DNA of 64,000 nucleotides from Nitrosopumilaceae archaeon (GCA_965214835.1 CBDCCK010000002.1:3104001-3168000), one strand, 5' to 3'; numbered from the stretch's first letter, positions 49,151 to 58,858 are shown. Translations and numbers: made by a program. Notes: generated by a model not told the origin, from the letters alone.

Positions 49151-49702
49151 TCATTTTTTGTATCTAAAGCAGCCCACAGTGTGATCATTTACCATGCCGA
49201 TTGCCTGCATCAGGGCATAGCAGATGGTGGGACCCACGAATGTGAACCCGCGCTTTTTCAGGTCGGAGCTTAGCTGTTCTGATATGTGGCTGGTTGCAGG
49301 AATGTCAGAGTGTCTTTTGAAGCTGTTCCTGATCGGCTTGTAGTCTACAAACCCCCAGATGTAGTTATCAAAGCTTCCAAACTCCTTTTGGATCTCAAGG
49401 AACTGCCTTGCGTTGTTGATTGCGGATCTGATTTTCAGCTTGTTCCTGATGATGGCCTTGTCCCTCAGCAGCCGGGAGACGTCCCTTGGGGTGTACTTTG
49501 AAACCTTGCGGGGATCAAAGCCAGAAAACGCCTTTTTGTATCCGGGCCTGCGATTCAGAATGGTGGTCCAGCTTAGCCCGGCCTGGGCGCCCTCTAGGAC
49601 AAGAAACTCAAACAGCTTGACATCGTCGTGCTGCGGGGTTCCCCACTCGGCATCATGGTACCGGATGTTGGGTCCATCACTTGCCCAGGAGCATCGCCTC
49701 AT
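49151..49702 (-). CDS. tag: DNA-3-methyladenine glycosylase I
   Basis: RCSW, YHDAEWG, LEGAQAGLSW, IIRNKLKI, GMVNDH..C. Confidence 0.95.
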   Translation of the reverse strand: MRRCSWASDGPNIRYHDAEWGTPQHDDVKLFEFLVLEGAQAGLSWTTILNRRPGYKKAFSGFDPRKVSKYTPRDVSRLLRDKAIIRNKLKIRSAINNARQFLEIQKEFGSFDNYIWGFVDYKPIRNSFKRHSDIPATSHISEQLSSDLKKRGFTFVGPTICYALMQAIGMVNDHTVGCFRYKK

Positions 49703-49788
49703 AGTAGGGTAACTGCAGGTTAGGATTTAAGATTTGAAAAGAAAAAAGTTGTAATAAAGATAACTTGCGTCGTCTAAATTAGATAGAG

Positions 49789-49980
49789 TTATGCCGTCTT
49801 CTTTACGTTAACAGCGCTTGGTCCTTTTGGTCCATCGCCTACTTCAAACTCTACCTTATCGCCGTCTCTAAGAAATCCATCTACGTTTGTCTTGTGTACA
49901 AAAAGATCGTCTCCTGATTCTCTCTCGATAAAACCATAGCCTTTAGTTCGGTTGAACCATTTTACGGTGCCTTGTTCCAT
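49789..49980 (-). CDS. Cold-shock protein
   Basis: [28 protein letters not shown]. Confidence 0.95.
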   Translation of the reverse strand: MEQGTVKWFNRTKGYGFIERESGDDLFVHKTNVDGFLRDGDKVEFEVGDGPKGPSAVNVKKTA

Positions 49981-50094
49981 GTTGTTACTAGGCTGTAATA
50001 CTCGTCAAATATTAACTAGAGTTTTGGTGCGGCCCTGGGCGGATCGGATTTTGTTCGTAAAACCTTAAAATTTGACTCGTTTTAGGTACATTCA

Positions 50095-50742
50095 GTGTCA
50101 GGCGAGGAAAAAACCAAGGCAGGGGCAGAATCCGCGGTGCCCGAGGCCCCGCTGCGATCAGAGCCGTCGGAGGGCTGGACCGCAGGGGAGATAGCGGCCC
50201 TTGCCGAGGCGCAGGCAAAAAAGGCAGCAGAGGCAGCAGCCAGGGCAAAGGAGGCGGCGGAGGCCAAGGCGCAGGAGGAGTACGAGGCGGCGGCCAAGGA
50301 CGCATCAGAGGCGGCCAAGGACAGCGGCTTTACAAACAAGCGGGCAGGCGAGGTAATCTTCAGGAGGGAGATGGGGGAGCCGGAGTTTTGGCTTACAAAG
50401 GAGGGACTGATTCCCCCCAGGCCGGTACTTACGCCAGAGGAGGAAAGGGCAATCTCACAAAGAGTCGAGGTTCCATCCGATCAGATTCCAGTGTACAATC
50501 CAGAGCACGTGCTCAGCCCAGAGTATGCGGGGATTTCAAACTATGAGATCGGGGTCGGCCGGTTCAGGGAAGAGATAGAGGAGAACCTAGCAAGGCTGAA
50601 ATCTGATCCCGAGGCAAACGAGGATAGGATCAGGAGGGCAGAGGAGGATCTGCTCAAGATGGATACGCTGTATGAGAATTTTTACATAGGAATGAACGTC
50701 TTTCGTACCGCAAAGGGCGGAAGGGACAAGATCAGGAAATAG
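50095..50742 (+). CDS. Hypothetical protein with Ala/Glu-rich N-terminus
   Basis: Clean ORF, 8 bp upstream of the HemA-like gene. Confidence 0.75.
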   Translation: MSGEEKTKAGAESAVPEAPLRSEPSEGWTAGEIAALAEAQAKKAAEAAARAKEAAEAKAQEEYEAAAKDASEAAKDSGFTNKRAGEVIFRREMGEPEFWLTKEGLIPPRPVLTPEEERAISQRVEVPSDQIPVYNPEHVLSPEYAGISNYEIGVGRFREEIEENLARLKSDPEANEDRIRRAEEDLLKMDTLYENFYIGMNVFRTAKGGRDKIRK

Positions 50743-50750
50743 GTGAGGAC

Positions 50751-51989
50751 ATGGCCGATGCAGACTTTAAGGTTTACAACGCCCGCGTAACCTTCCGCAA
50801 TGTCCCGATCCACAAGCTGTCAAAGTACCAGTTCAAGGACGTAGACGAGGTCGCATCCGAGTTCAAAAAGCTTGCAGACGTATCTGAGTGCCTGATAATC
50901 CAGACTGCAAGCAGGGTCGAGATCTTTGTCGTGACGAACCTAGGCGTCAAGGAGGGGGATCTGCTGACAATCGCAAGGATCAAGGAGATCTGGACCGGAA
51001 GGTCAGACGTGGACGAGTGGGAGGCCGATCACTTTGATCAGACGATGGAGGTATACGTAAACAGGGACGTCTATGAGAACCTGCTAAAGCTGGCGCTGGG
51101 CCTGCAGTCGGTGACCGTGGGAAAGATCGGAATCCTGGAGGAGATCAAGGCAGCAGCTGCCAAGGCAAAGGAGACGGGGGACTCTGGCAGGGTTCTCAAC
51201 AAGCTGTTTGACACGGTGATCAGGGTCTCCGGCAAGATCCGGGCAGAGACTGGCATGAGTCCGAACTGGAAGTCGATGGGGGACATTGCAGTAAAGCTGG
51301 CAGACGAGAACGCGGGAATCGACGGCAAGAAGAAGATCCTGATCCTGGGTACAGGCGAGGTTGCCGCCAGGGTGGCAAAGAGCCTCAACCGCAAGGACAT
51401 AGGATTCAGCGTCGCAAGCATGCAGATCGAGAGGGCCCAGGGCTTCTCCGAGCTGCTCAGGGGCGAGCCCGTTGACTTTAAGGATGTAGTTGCCAACTTT
51501 GACAGGTATGACATTGTCTTTGTCGCGACCACCGCGGATTATTTCATCTTGCAGCACAGCCAGATCAGGAGACAGATGGAGTCAAAAAAGACAGGTACGA
51601 TGATTCTGGACATCTCGGATCCAAGGGCGGTAAGCGAGGACGTCTCGATGAGCCCGGGGGTAAAGCTGATGTTCAGGGATCAGGTAGAGGAGCAGTACAT
51701 GGAGGTTCAAAACGAGGTCCGCTCAAAGATGCCCGCAGTCGAAAAGGCAATCGTAAAGGAGGTGCCGATACTGGAGGCATCGATGAACAGGGTACACGCA
51801 GATGCAAAGGGCGTAGACGTGTTTGCCAAGGTGGATCAGCTAAGGGAGAAGGAGCTCAAAAAGGCGCTAGAGCAGCTAGGCGATCTGGATGATGGCAAGA
51901 GGAAGGTCATCGAGGAGCTGACAAAGTCAGTTGTTGAAAACATCGTCGCGGTTCCCAGCAAGGCAAAAAAGGCCGAGGAAGAATCATAA
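50751..51989 (+). CDS. Glutamyl-tRNA reductase (HemA)-like protein lacking the catalytic Cys
   Basis: HemA architecture (GTGEVA Rossmann, FVATTA, LDISDPRAV); TASRVE in place of TCNRxE. Confidence 0.8.
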   Translation: MADADFKVYNARVTFRNVPIHKLSKYQFKDVDEVASEFKKLADVSECLIIQTASRVEIFVVTNLGVKEGDLLTIARIKEIWTGRSDVDEWEADHFDQTMEVYVNRDVYENLLKLALGLQSVTVGKIGILEEIKAAAAKAKETGDSGRVLNKLFDTVIRVSGKIRAETGMSPNWKSMGDIAVKLADENAGIDGKKKILILGTGEVAARVAKSLNRKDIGFSVASMQIERAQGFSELLRGEPVDFKDVVANFDRYDIVFVATTADYFILQHSQIRRQMESKKTGTMILDISDPRAVSEDVSMSPGVKLMFRDQVEEQYMEVQNEVRSKMPAVEKAIVKEVPILEASMNRVHADAKGVDVFAKVDQLREKELKKALEQLGDLDDGKRKVIEELTKSVVENIVAVPSKAKKAEEES

Positions 51990-52045
51990 TAGGAATTTCC
52001 CAAAGACATGCTGGCAAAAAACTGCACGAGGCCGCCTTGCCTTGG

Positions 52046-52140
52046 CATAGTGCGCACATCAAAAAAAACGGATCACGTCTTTGACATGCCGTGCCTGTTT
52101 CGATAAAAAAAATATCCGGTTTTCAGCTGCACGCACCATA
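52046..52140. mobile_element. MITE family F (95 bp), copy 1
   Basis: Closely similar to 52679-52773; decayed TGT/ACA ends. Confidence 0.85.
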
Positions 52141-52202
52141 GGCTCCCCATACTGTGCGGCAGATTCGGGGATGATCTCGGTATGAAGTTTTGACATGTAA
52201 TG

Positions 52203-52470
52203 TCAGTCCCCGCAGTAGGCTGACTTATCGCACACCCTTAGAAACTCTATCGTGTCAGTGCTCCAGTCAGCATTGTATGTTATTCTGTATTTGCTTCCAA
52301 CATCGTACGCAAGTACTCTTTTGCTCTGTTTGTATCTGCCCAGATGCACCGGGTTTTCAGGCTCCCTTAATTCCTGTATGGCATGGCTTGCCCTTTTTCT
52401 GATTTGAGGATCAGGATTTTTGTACTGTCTGAGAAACTTTGTCTTTCTTGCAGCGTCAAGTGCTGCTCAA
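52203..52470 (-). pseudogene. RelE/ParE-like toxin with early stop and frameshift
   Basis: FLRQYKNPDPQIRKRASHAIQEL..NPVHLG..AYDVGSKYRITY..EFLRVCDK; TTG start followed by TGA at codon 5. Confidence 0.7.
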
Positions 52471-52601
52471 GTCTCTTCCTTGAGTTCTTTCATGAATTCA
52501 TCAAATGACAGTGTTTTTTTGCCTTTGTCATCTGCGTAAAACTCGTCAATATCTCTGACCTCCTCCGGGGTTAGATCATCAATAGGCCCTGTTTCTGACA
52601 C
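52467..52601 (-). CDS. Small acidic antitoxin candidate (44 aa)
   Basis: VSETGPIDDLTPEEVRDIDEFY..LSFDEFMKEL; ggagg upstream; overlaps the toxin start. Confidence 0.6.
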   Translation of the reverse strand: MSETGPIDDLTPEEVRDIDEFYADDKGKKTLSFDEFMKELKEET

Positions 52602-52678
52602 ATGGCCTCCTCCATCCTGTTCCTAAAAAGGATTGTCGTGAGATCAGCTAGGCGAAGAGTGCCCCGGATTTGACGTCA

Positions 52679-52773
52679 TGTAGTGCGCGCATCAAAAAAA
52701 ACGGATCACATCTTTGACATACCGTGCCTGTTTCGATAAAAAAAATATCCGGTTTTCAACTGCACGCACTACA
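52679..52773. mobile_element. MITE family F (95 bp), copy 2
   Basis: TIR tgtagtgcg/cgcactaca; 4-bp TSD GTCA. Confidence 0.85.
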
Positions 52774-52883
52774 GTCATGCACGAATTTGCAGCTGTGGCT
52801 TTCATGCCTGCCCATCAATGGGACATGGCATCATGTAAAAAATCCAGCTTGATGTTTATATTGGGATAGCTTTCACTAGAATC

Positions 52884-53048
52884 GTGCCCAAACTGCGCTG
52901 TGCTGACTACGGATTCGAATGTGAGTTTGAATCAGACGGTGAGACTCAGAAGGTCATCGAGGAGTTTGGAAGGCACACCGAGGAGGAGCACGGCATAGAA
53001 TACTCGACAGAGGTCCTGATGCAGTTCATCCTGAGAAAACAGGGTTAG
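52884..53048 (+). CDS. DUF1059-family small metal-binding protein
   Basis: LRCADYGFECEF..GRHTEEEHG. Confidence 0.8.
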   Translation: MPKLRCADYGFECEFESDGETQKVIEEFGRHTEEEHGIEYSTEVLMQFILRKQG

Positions 53049-53081
53049 AATGGACTTCATATGGTCCCAGAGGACTGAACC

Positions 53082-53927
53082 CTAGCCGTATGACTCGTAC
53101 TTTATGGCATAGCTGCCGTCGGGCTTTTTGTCATGCAGGGTGACGAATCCCTTGTCCCTTACGTGATCGATTACGCCGTCAATCGTGCCTTGGTATCCGC
53201 AGATGTAGATCATGGTATTCTCCGGGGTGATCTCCTCGCCGACGAGCTCCTCCAGTGCAGAGGGCTTGCCCCTTCCCTTTGGCTTGAAGAAGGACTCTAC
53301 CCTCCCCGTATGCCCGGTCCAGGAGCGGTTGAACCACTCCTTTGGCCTGCTGATTGCGGCGCGATACACAAAGTTCCACCTGTCGGCGCCCTCCTTTTTG
53401 CTGAGGTTCTCCAGGTCGGTAAATTCTTCTTTGTAGCTTAGCTCATCTACATAGCTTGCGCCGTGAAGCACGATAATCTCCCTCGTATCCCCTGTCTCCC
53501 TCAGGTGCTTTGCAAAGGCGACAAACGGAGCGATTCCGGTGCCGCCGCCGACACAGACAATCCGCCGCCTGTCCGGCTTTCCGCTTGGCAGTGCATCATC
53601 AATTGTCAGCGCGTTGCCGGTCGGCATTCCGATTCCAATCTTGTCACCCTCGCTTGCATAAAACAGCATGGTTGTAACGCGGCCGGGAAGCGGCTTTCTC
53701 ACCCACCTGATTACGAACTCAAAGTACTTTCTGTTTTCTGGGTGCGACGCTATCGAGTAGGCGCGCCTGACTATTTTATATCCCTCGGCAACGACGGGCA
53801 GAGCCAGTGTCAGAAACTGGCCGGTGATGTATTGGGGCATTCCGGCATCTGGAACGATCCTTATAATCATCAGATCCTCCCTGAGAATTCTGATGTGGGT
53901 GATTGTCGCCGGATAGTCCTTTGCCAT
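53082..53927 (-). CDS. Ferredoxin-NADP+ reductase family protein
   Basis: GQFLTL, RRAYSIAS, GGGTGIAPF, YICG, C-terminal YESYG. Confidence 0.92.
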   Translation of the reverse strand: MAKDYPATITHIRILREDLMIIRIVPDAGMPQYITGQFLTLALPVVAEGYKIVRRAYSIASHPENRKYFEFVIRWVRKPLPGRVTTMLFYASEGDKIGIGMPTGNALTIDDALPSGKPDRRRIVCVGGGTGIAPFVAFAKHLRETGDTREIIVLHGASYVDELSYKEEFTDLENLSKKEGADRWNFVYRAAISRPKEWFNRSWTGHTGRVESFFKPKGRGKPSALEELVGEEITPENTMIYICGYQGTIDGVIDHVRDKGFVTLHDKKPDGSYAIKYESYG

Positions 53928-54000
53928 AATACAGAGGTTCGTGCAACTTTGGTTAAATAGATTTCTGCTGGCCTTGATCGCAAAGAAAGAGAAAAGTGGG

Positions 54001-54423
54001 TTATTTTACGATCAGTACCGGTATGTTGGACTTGTGCATTACCTGGTTGGATACGCTTCCAAGGAACTTTTCCTTGGCGCCGCTCAGGCCCCTGGCACCC
54101 ACTACTATCATGTCGAACCCCCCTTTCTCAGCTGCGCTTACTATCTGGTCCGCAGTATGTCCGCCTCCCGTGGCATACCGGAACTTTGCGCCGGCACGCT
54201 CACACTTTTGCATTGCGGGGCCCACTGCATGTGCGGCCTTGTCCTGCGCCTGGTCTTTCATTGTCTGAGTGTATTTTATTCCAGCCAGCTTGGGTAGGTG
54301 GAAGACATAGTAGGCGGTAATTTCGGCGTCGCTTGCCTTTGCAATCGAGATTGCACGATCCAGTCCCCGCATGGAATTCGGAGAGCCGTCAACAGGTACT
54401 AGGATTTTTTCGAATTTTCCCAT
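54001..54423 (-). CDS. Universal stress protein
   Basis: KILVPVDGS, IVVGARG, LGSVSNQV..PVLIVK. Confidence 0.93.
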   Translation of the reverse strand: MGKFEKILVPVDGSPNSMRGLDRAISIAKASDAEITAYYVFHLPKLAGIKYTQTMKDQAQDKAAHAVGPAMQKCERAGAKFRYATGGGHTADQIVSAAEKGGFDMIVVGARGLSGAKEKFLGSVSNQVMHKSNIPVLIVK

Positions 54424-54623
54424 AAACGGCCAAGCGCATCGCAGTATAAAAATGATAATCACGGCAGCTGGGCAATCGGTCAGGCTAAGCACAAGGCCAA
54501 TTTTTGATCACCACTCGATCTATATGCACTCAAACCACACCTAGATTCATTTCCAGATTGAGGGCAAAATACTGCGCGACGAGCCGGCCCGCGTCATGGC
54601 CGAGTTGGGCAGAAGGGATGAGA

Positions 54624-54697
54624 GTACGAGGTCACCTACCCCCACCAGTCAGGCACGAATTAAATGCATGATTGCGATTTTCGTGCCTAGCTAGCAA
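54624..54697. mobile_element. MITE family B, truncated
   Basis: gtacgaggtcacctacccc...gtgcctagctagcaa matches 7730-7803. Confidence 0.85.
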
Positions 54698-55096
54698 CCG
54701 CAAGCAGATCAGCAGGGTCCGCGTCAGGGTGGAGCACCACATAGGGCGGCTCAAGAAGTACGACATCCTGACCATGCCGTTTGGCGGAACCGCCAGGGAT
54801 CTCAATTATTTCATGCAGGTAATTACGGGTCTTGAGAACCTCAAGGCGATACTGAAAAAGAAAGGGTGCTACGGCCACCTGCTTGAGATATAGCGTACGG
54901 TGGCACGAGCCGCCTTTCTTATGACTTGACAACAGGGCACATCACCGTGCTGCAAGGCCGCGCACATCCTTTTGACATGAACCGATTTTTGTGCGCGTCA
55001 TGACATGTCCGCATGCGGTAGCTTGATCTGATCGATACATCCACGCCCGGAAAACCCCGCGGAGTTTTTAATCCCGGTCGATTACGCATAAGGTCT
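54698..55096 (+). pseudogene. IS5-family transposase C-terminal fragment with right end
   Basis: QISRVRVRVEHHIGRLKKY; terminus cgattacgcataaggtct equals the MITE A TIR. Confidence 0.8.
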
Positions 55097-55162
55097 AATC
55101 GGTTCAGATCCGGGATTATTACGAACAAATTCGCCTCATTCAGGTCGATTACGCATAAGGTC
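55097..55162. mobile_element. MITE family A with left TIR partly missing
   Basis: Matches 58173-58239. Confidence 0.8.
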
Positions 55163-55382
55163 TAGTAGCTACTGCGGTATTGTCACATTCCGTCCTGTCT
55201 ATCCACAGATCCGGCGAATCCAGCTGGTACTCTATGCCTTCGATGGGGGTAGGACGGCTGGTCTGCTGCAACACATGGCAGCGTGGATCGGCACAGTCAA
55301 AGATTCCAAATGCGTCCTGGCCATATGCAACAATACACAGTGCAAAGACTGCAAAAAACAAAACGGGAAGCTTGGTCATCAT
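55163..55382 (-). pseudogene. Secreted protein, truncated by MITE A
   Basis: Signal peptide MMTKLPVLFFAVFALC; the reading frame ends inside the MITE TIR. Confidence 0.6.
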
Positions 55383-56383
55383 TTTACCAACAAGCTGTTA
55401 AAGACGGGCAGCAGCTCATCAAGCGTGTGATAACGTGAATTTACGCTCATCAATGTATGTTCATCATGATGGAAGATAATGAAGGCACGATAGTGATTCA
55501 GAGCATTTCCGCCCTCAAATGCAGCTACCGTTTTCCCGTCACGCGTCATCTCCCTAAAACCCTCCCCGTAGTTGCCGTACTGGGAACCAAAAACTTCTTT
55601 GATATGTTCTATCGTATCTTCAATCTCGTCAAGAGGAACAACCTTATACTCGGCCCAAACCACAAATCCCTCGGAGTGCTTCAATTCGTAGTTAGTCACG
55701 TTTTCATTTAATACAAAGGTAGTCGGAACAAACTGTATCTTCAGGCTGCAGTTGCCTGAAGGGTAACAGGTATTGTCTGCATACAGCAGTCGCTGTCCGT
55801 CGGGAATGTATGTGGGCATCCAGTCCTCAATGTGGAACCCTGCTCCGGGGGTTATGGAGTATTTTTCATGCTGCGTTGCAGGCAGTCTTATCAGGTTGTC
55901 GGGGCCGACATCGTTGGGGGTTATGTCGCTGTCCATGATCGTTTCATAGTAGGGCCACGGGGGAGGGTATCTTGCAAGTGCGGGTCTTTTGATCTCCCGC
56001 CCGTCATCGACAAACTCCACGGGAGACGAGGCACTCAGCACCACAAAGCCGTCGACTTCTCCGGCATCGGGGCCGTCGATGCTGCTGTCGCCTCCGGCTG
56101 CTGCCTCCTCCGGCTGCTGCCGGTCATGGCGTTCTGCTGCCTGTGCTACCGGCACCCATCCCTTTTGCAGCAGTTTTTGCACCGAGCCCTCGCTGATGCA
56201 GGCAGGCGTTCCACGCGTGGTCTCCATCAACGTCTTTGAATCCCGGCACTGTATCTCGTGTATCGGCACCCCAGCCTCATGCTGTGCCATCGGAGACGGC
56301 ACCTCTGCCGTTGCACCGAGCGACAGCATGCCCGCGCCTGCGACAAGGAGCAGTGCAAGAGCGACCGCTACCGCATTCATCAC
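55379..56383 (-). CDS. Secreted hypothetical protein with thaumarchaeal-type two-Cys N-terminal domain
   Basis: Signal peptide; PSPMAQHEAGVPIHEIQC..PACISEGSVQKLLQKGW. Confidence 0.8.
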   Translation of the reverse strand: MMNAVAVALALLLVAGAGMLSLGATAEVPSPMAQHEAGVPIHEIQCRDSKTLMETTRGTPACISEGSVQKLLQKGWVPVAQAAERHDRQQPEEAAAGGDSSIDGPDAGEVDGFVVLSASSPVEFVDDGREIKRPALARYPPPWPYYETIMDSDITPNDVGPDNLIRLPATQHEKYSITPGAGFHIEDWMPTYIPDGQRLLYADNTCYPSGNCSLKIQFVPTTFVLNENVTNYELKHSEGFVVWAEYKVVPLDEIEDTIEHIKEVFGSQYGNYGEGFREMTRDGKTVAAFEGGNALNHYRAFIIFHHDEHTLMSVNSRYHTLDELLPVFNSLLVK

Positions 56384-56414
56384 CTTTCCTCAATACTGAA
56401 ATATTTAAGTGATC

Positions 56415-56557
56415 CAGAGAGTTGGTTCGAAATTAGCAGATTCTGATTATTTGTGAAGGAGTATGCATGAAACAGCTCCAAACATCAACAAAATGCAGAT
56501 TATCTGTGAAATTACTTGAAAAATTCATACGATTTCTAATTTCAGCTCACCTCTCTG
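56415..56557. mobile_element. MITE-like element G
   Basis: Imperfect TIR cagagagttggttcgaaattag/ctaatttcagctcacctctctg; similar end near 60968; no TSD. Confidence 0.5.
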
Positions 56558-56574
56558 CGTACTCCACGTTTTCC

Positions 56575-57484
56575 TAGTCATATCTGTGATTCGACCTCCA
56601 AGCTAAAAAAGTGTGCATTGCAGATCGTTCCTTCTTTTTTGGGATCCGCACCAGCAGGATGCGACCACGTCCACATGGACGAGACGGGGATGCCGTGCAA
56701 CGGCAGGAGCGGCCATATGTGGGTGACAGTGGGCGTCAAGGACGGCGCGCACATGGTGGCGACTGACAGCAGGAGGGCATCCGTACTCAACGAGCACTTT
56801 TCATACGTGCCCAGGGTCGGGGTGACCGACGGATACCCCAGGTACGAAAAGTTCTTCGGCAGGAACCGGCAGCGGTGCTGGGCCCACATTGTCCGGGTGG
56901 CAGGCGCCCAGGGTGAAAAATCGGACTCCCCGGAGGTCTGCGACGCAGGCAGGCGCCTCAGGGAGCAGTTGCACCACGCCAAGGGACTGGGCCGCCGGAG
57001 GGAGCCCGGCAGCGCAACAGGCTGGTGGCAGGGACGCGCGAGCTGGCCGCCGCATACAGGAAGGAAGGATGCGGCAGCTATGCCACAAAGCTTGACAACG
57101 CCTCGGAGTTTCTCTACACGTTCACACTGCATTCTGGGATGGATCCCACCAACAACCTAGCCGAGCGCACGTTGAGGCCCGGCGTGATCGCGCGCAAGAT
57201 ACGGTTCGGACTGCGGGCGGGCAGAAGATGTTCGGCAACATATCGACGTGCATCGTGACATGGCGCCTCCGGGGGTACAACGTGGCGGACATGATCATGG
57301 ACGCGCTGGTTGTCTTGGCAGATGAGATTCGGGCCGGACTGAAAAGGTACAACGTGGCGGACATGATCATGGACGCGCTGGCCAAAAACCCCGGATACGC
57401 GGTCATCTGCCCCTAGCAATCATGTACGGATCTGCATGCAGGTGTGATTTTCATGCCTAGACGGCGGGGGGTCGTGACTTCAAC
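56575..57484 (+). pseudogene. IS66-family transposase remnant with right end
   Basis: VHMDETG, VTDGYPRY, QRCWAHIVR, PTNNLAERTLRPGVIARKI across several frames. Confidence 0.85.
57274..57381. repeat. Exact 36-bp direct repeat separated by a 36-bp unique insert
   Basis: ggtacaacgtggcggacatgatcatggacgcgctgg at 57274-57309 and 57346-57381. Confidence 0.95.
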
Positions 57485-57496
57485 TCTAGGCAGGGG

Positions 57497-57553
57497 CTAT
57501 CCTGTTACGATCTCCTCTGGGGTCAGGTCGTCGACCTGCTCTGTCTTGGGCAT
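57497..57553 (-). pseudogene. Truncated paralogue of the 52467..52601 antitoxin
   Basis: MPKTEQVDDLTPEEI versus GPIDDLTPEEV; cut near the IS66 end. Confidence 0.4.
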
Positions 57554-57796
57554 GTCCTATGTTGCAGTCTTCCTGCTTTTAAGGATGGCTGATCCGCTCA
57601 GTCTTCCCAAATGGAACCCGGCTCACGGCGGTGCAGGCGGCAGCGTGCGGCGGATCTGCATACAACATAATCTGAATTGCGTCAAACTTGGAGTCGCTTT
57701 ACATGGAACTTTTGGAAAGGCTGTTTAGATCCTGTGTCCGTCTCCGGCTGATTTCTCCGTGTTGGTTGCCGGCCGATCTCACAGATTCATCAAGTC

Positions 57797-58126
57797 TTAT
57801 TGTCTGATCCCTGATTTGTAAATTAAGAATGCGCCTATTCCGATTATCACATATAGTGCTAAGGATAACCCCGTATTGTGAAGACACCAGTCTAACTCTG
57901 CCAATGACCCTCCAAATACCTCAAGAAAATGATCTGAGCGTAAATGACATTGAATGGCAAACTCATGAACTGTTTGAAATCTGCCCGGATTGTACGGTTG
58001 AAGAGAAAATATAATTCCAGCTATCATAGATCCTGCCCCTACAAAAAACAATTTTTTACGCTTCATATCAAAATAAAAAAAGATTATGTAATATTCGTTA
58101 CCGAATATTGAATTGAGTAGTGCCAA
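57797..58126 (-). CDS. Low-GC membrane hypothetical protein (start uncertain)
   Basis: MKRKKLFFVGAGSMIAGIIF.. and a C-terminal TM helix. Confidence 0.5.
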   Translation of the reverse strand: MALLNSIFGNEYYIIFFYFDMKRKKLFFVGAGSMIAGIIFSLQPYNPGRFQTVHEFAIQCHLRSDHFLEVFGGSLAELDWCLHNTGLSLALYVIIGIGAFLIYKSGIRQ

Positions 58127-58159
58127 GAATCTTCTGGATTATCATAATCTTGGCCTGTT

Positions 58160-58239
58160 AGACTTTATGCGTAATCGATTCAGATCTAGGATTGTTACGA
58201 ACAAATTTGCCTTATTCAGGTCGATTACGCATAAAGTCT
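58160..58239. mobile_element. MITE family A (80 bp)
   Basis: Perfect TIR agactttatgcgtaatcg; inverted relative to the 7276 copy. Confidence 0.88.
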
Positions 58240-58313
58240 AATATGATAAAGGGCAGCTATGTGTGCGGTTCAAGTCCTGCATGGTTCGTGTGATTGTCGA
58301 CACAAGAGTGTTT

Positions 58314-58396
58314 TATAGCAACGAGCAGAAATAATTGAGGTTTTTTACGTGTAGTTATGACCTACTTTGACTCAAAGACTTCTGCCCGTTGCTATA
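58314..58396. mobile_element. MITE family D
   Basis: Nearly identical to 44874-44956. Confidence 0.9.
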
Positions 58397-58858
58397 ATTG
58401 GCTGGCGTCATGAACTGTTACATGATATCCTAGATCATCGGATTCCAGTTCTTGATACCTTGCATCTTGTTCACAGCCAATGTTGTTTCCACTCTTGCAG
58501 TCAGCGACGGTCACATGTAACAATTTTCCATATACGGCAACAACAATTCTCGCAATCGGCCTTTTGATGAATGTTCCTCATCTCCATACTTTGGATAAAT
58601 CACGCTTTCCAAATGATCCATAAAGTCCCTCCGTGTTTCTACTTTGGGGCCTAGAGCTCGTTGCTGACAGCACTTTTCACCACGGTTTAATTCTAGGGGT
58701 GTTTTATAATAGATGCCAGCACTCGCCCTCAAATGCAGCAGCTGCCCGAAGCAGGCAGTCCCCCCGAAGACGCACCAGTACGAAAATCCGCCAAATCATG
58801 GGTGATTTGCCACCAAGATTCAAAAAAACTGATAAACCCATGGTTAGGATTTCAGTTG

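Noticed and set aside
50200-50325. Ala/Glu/Lys-rich repeats in the 50095 gene
   Set aside because: Imperfect low-complexity coding sequence, not an exact duplication.
58260-58290. tRNA or att-site fragment (gcggttcaagtcctgc)
   Set aside because: T-loop-like only; the T-stem is imperfect, there is no acceptor or D arm, and it does not match the tRNA-Pro 3' end.
58281-58313. PIN-domain start (MVRVIVDTRVF) before MITE D
   Set aside because: Too short, and no PIN-like continuation after the MITE.
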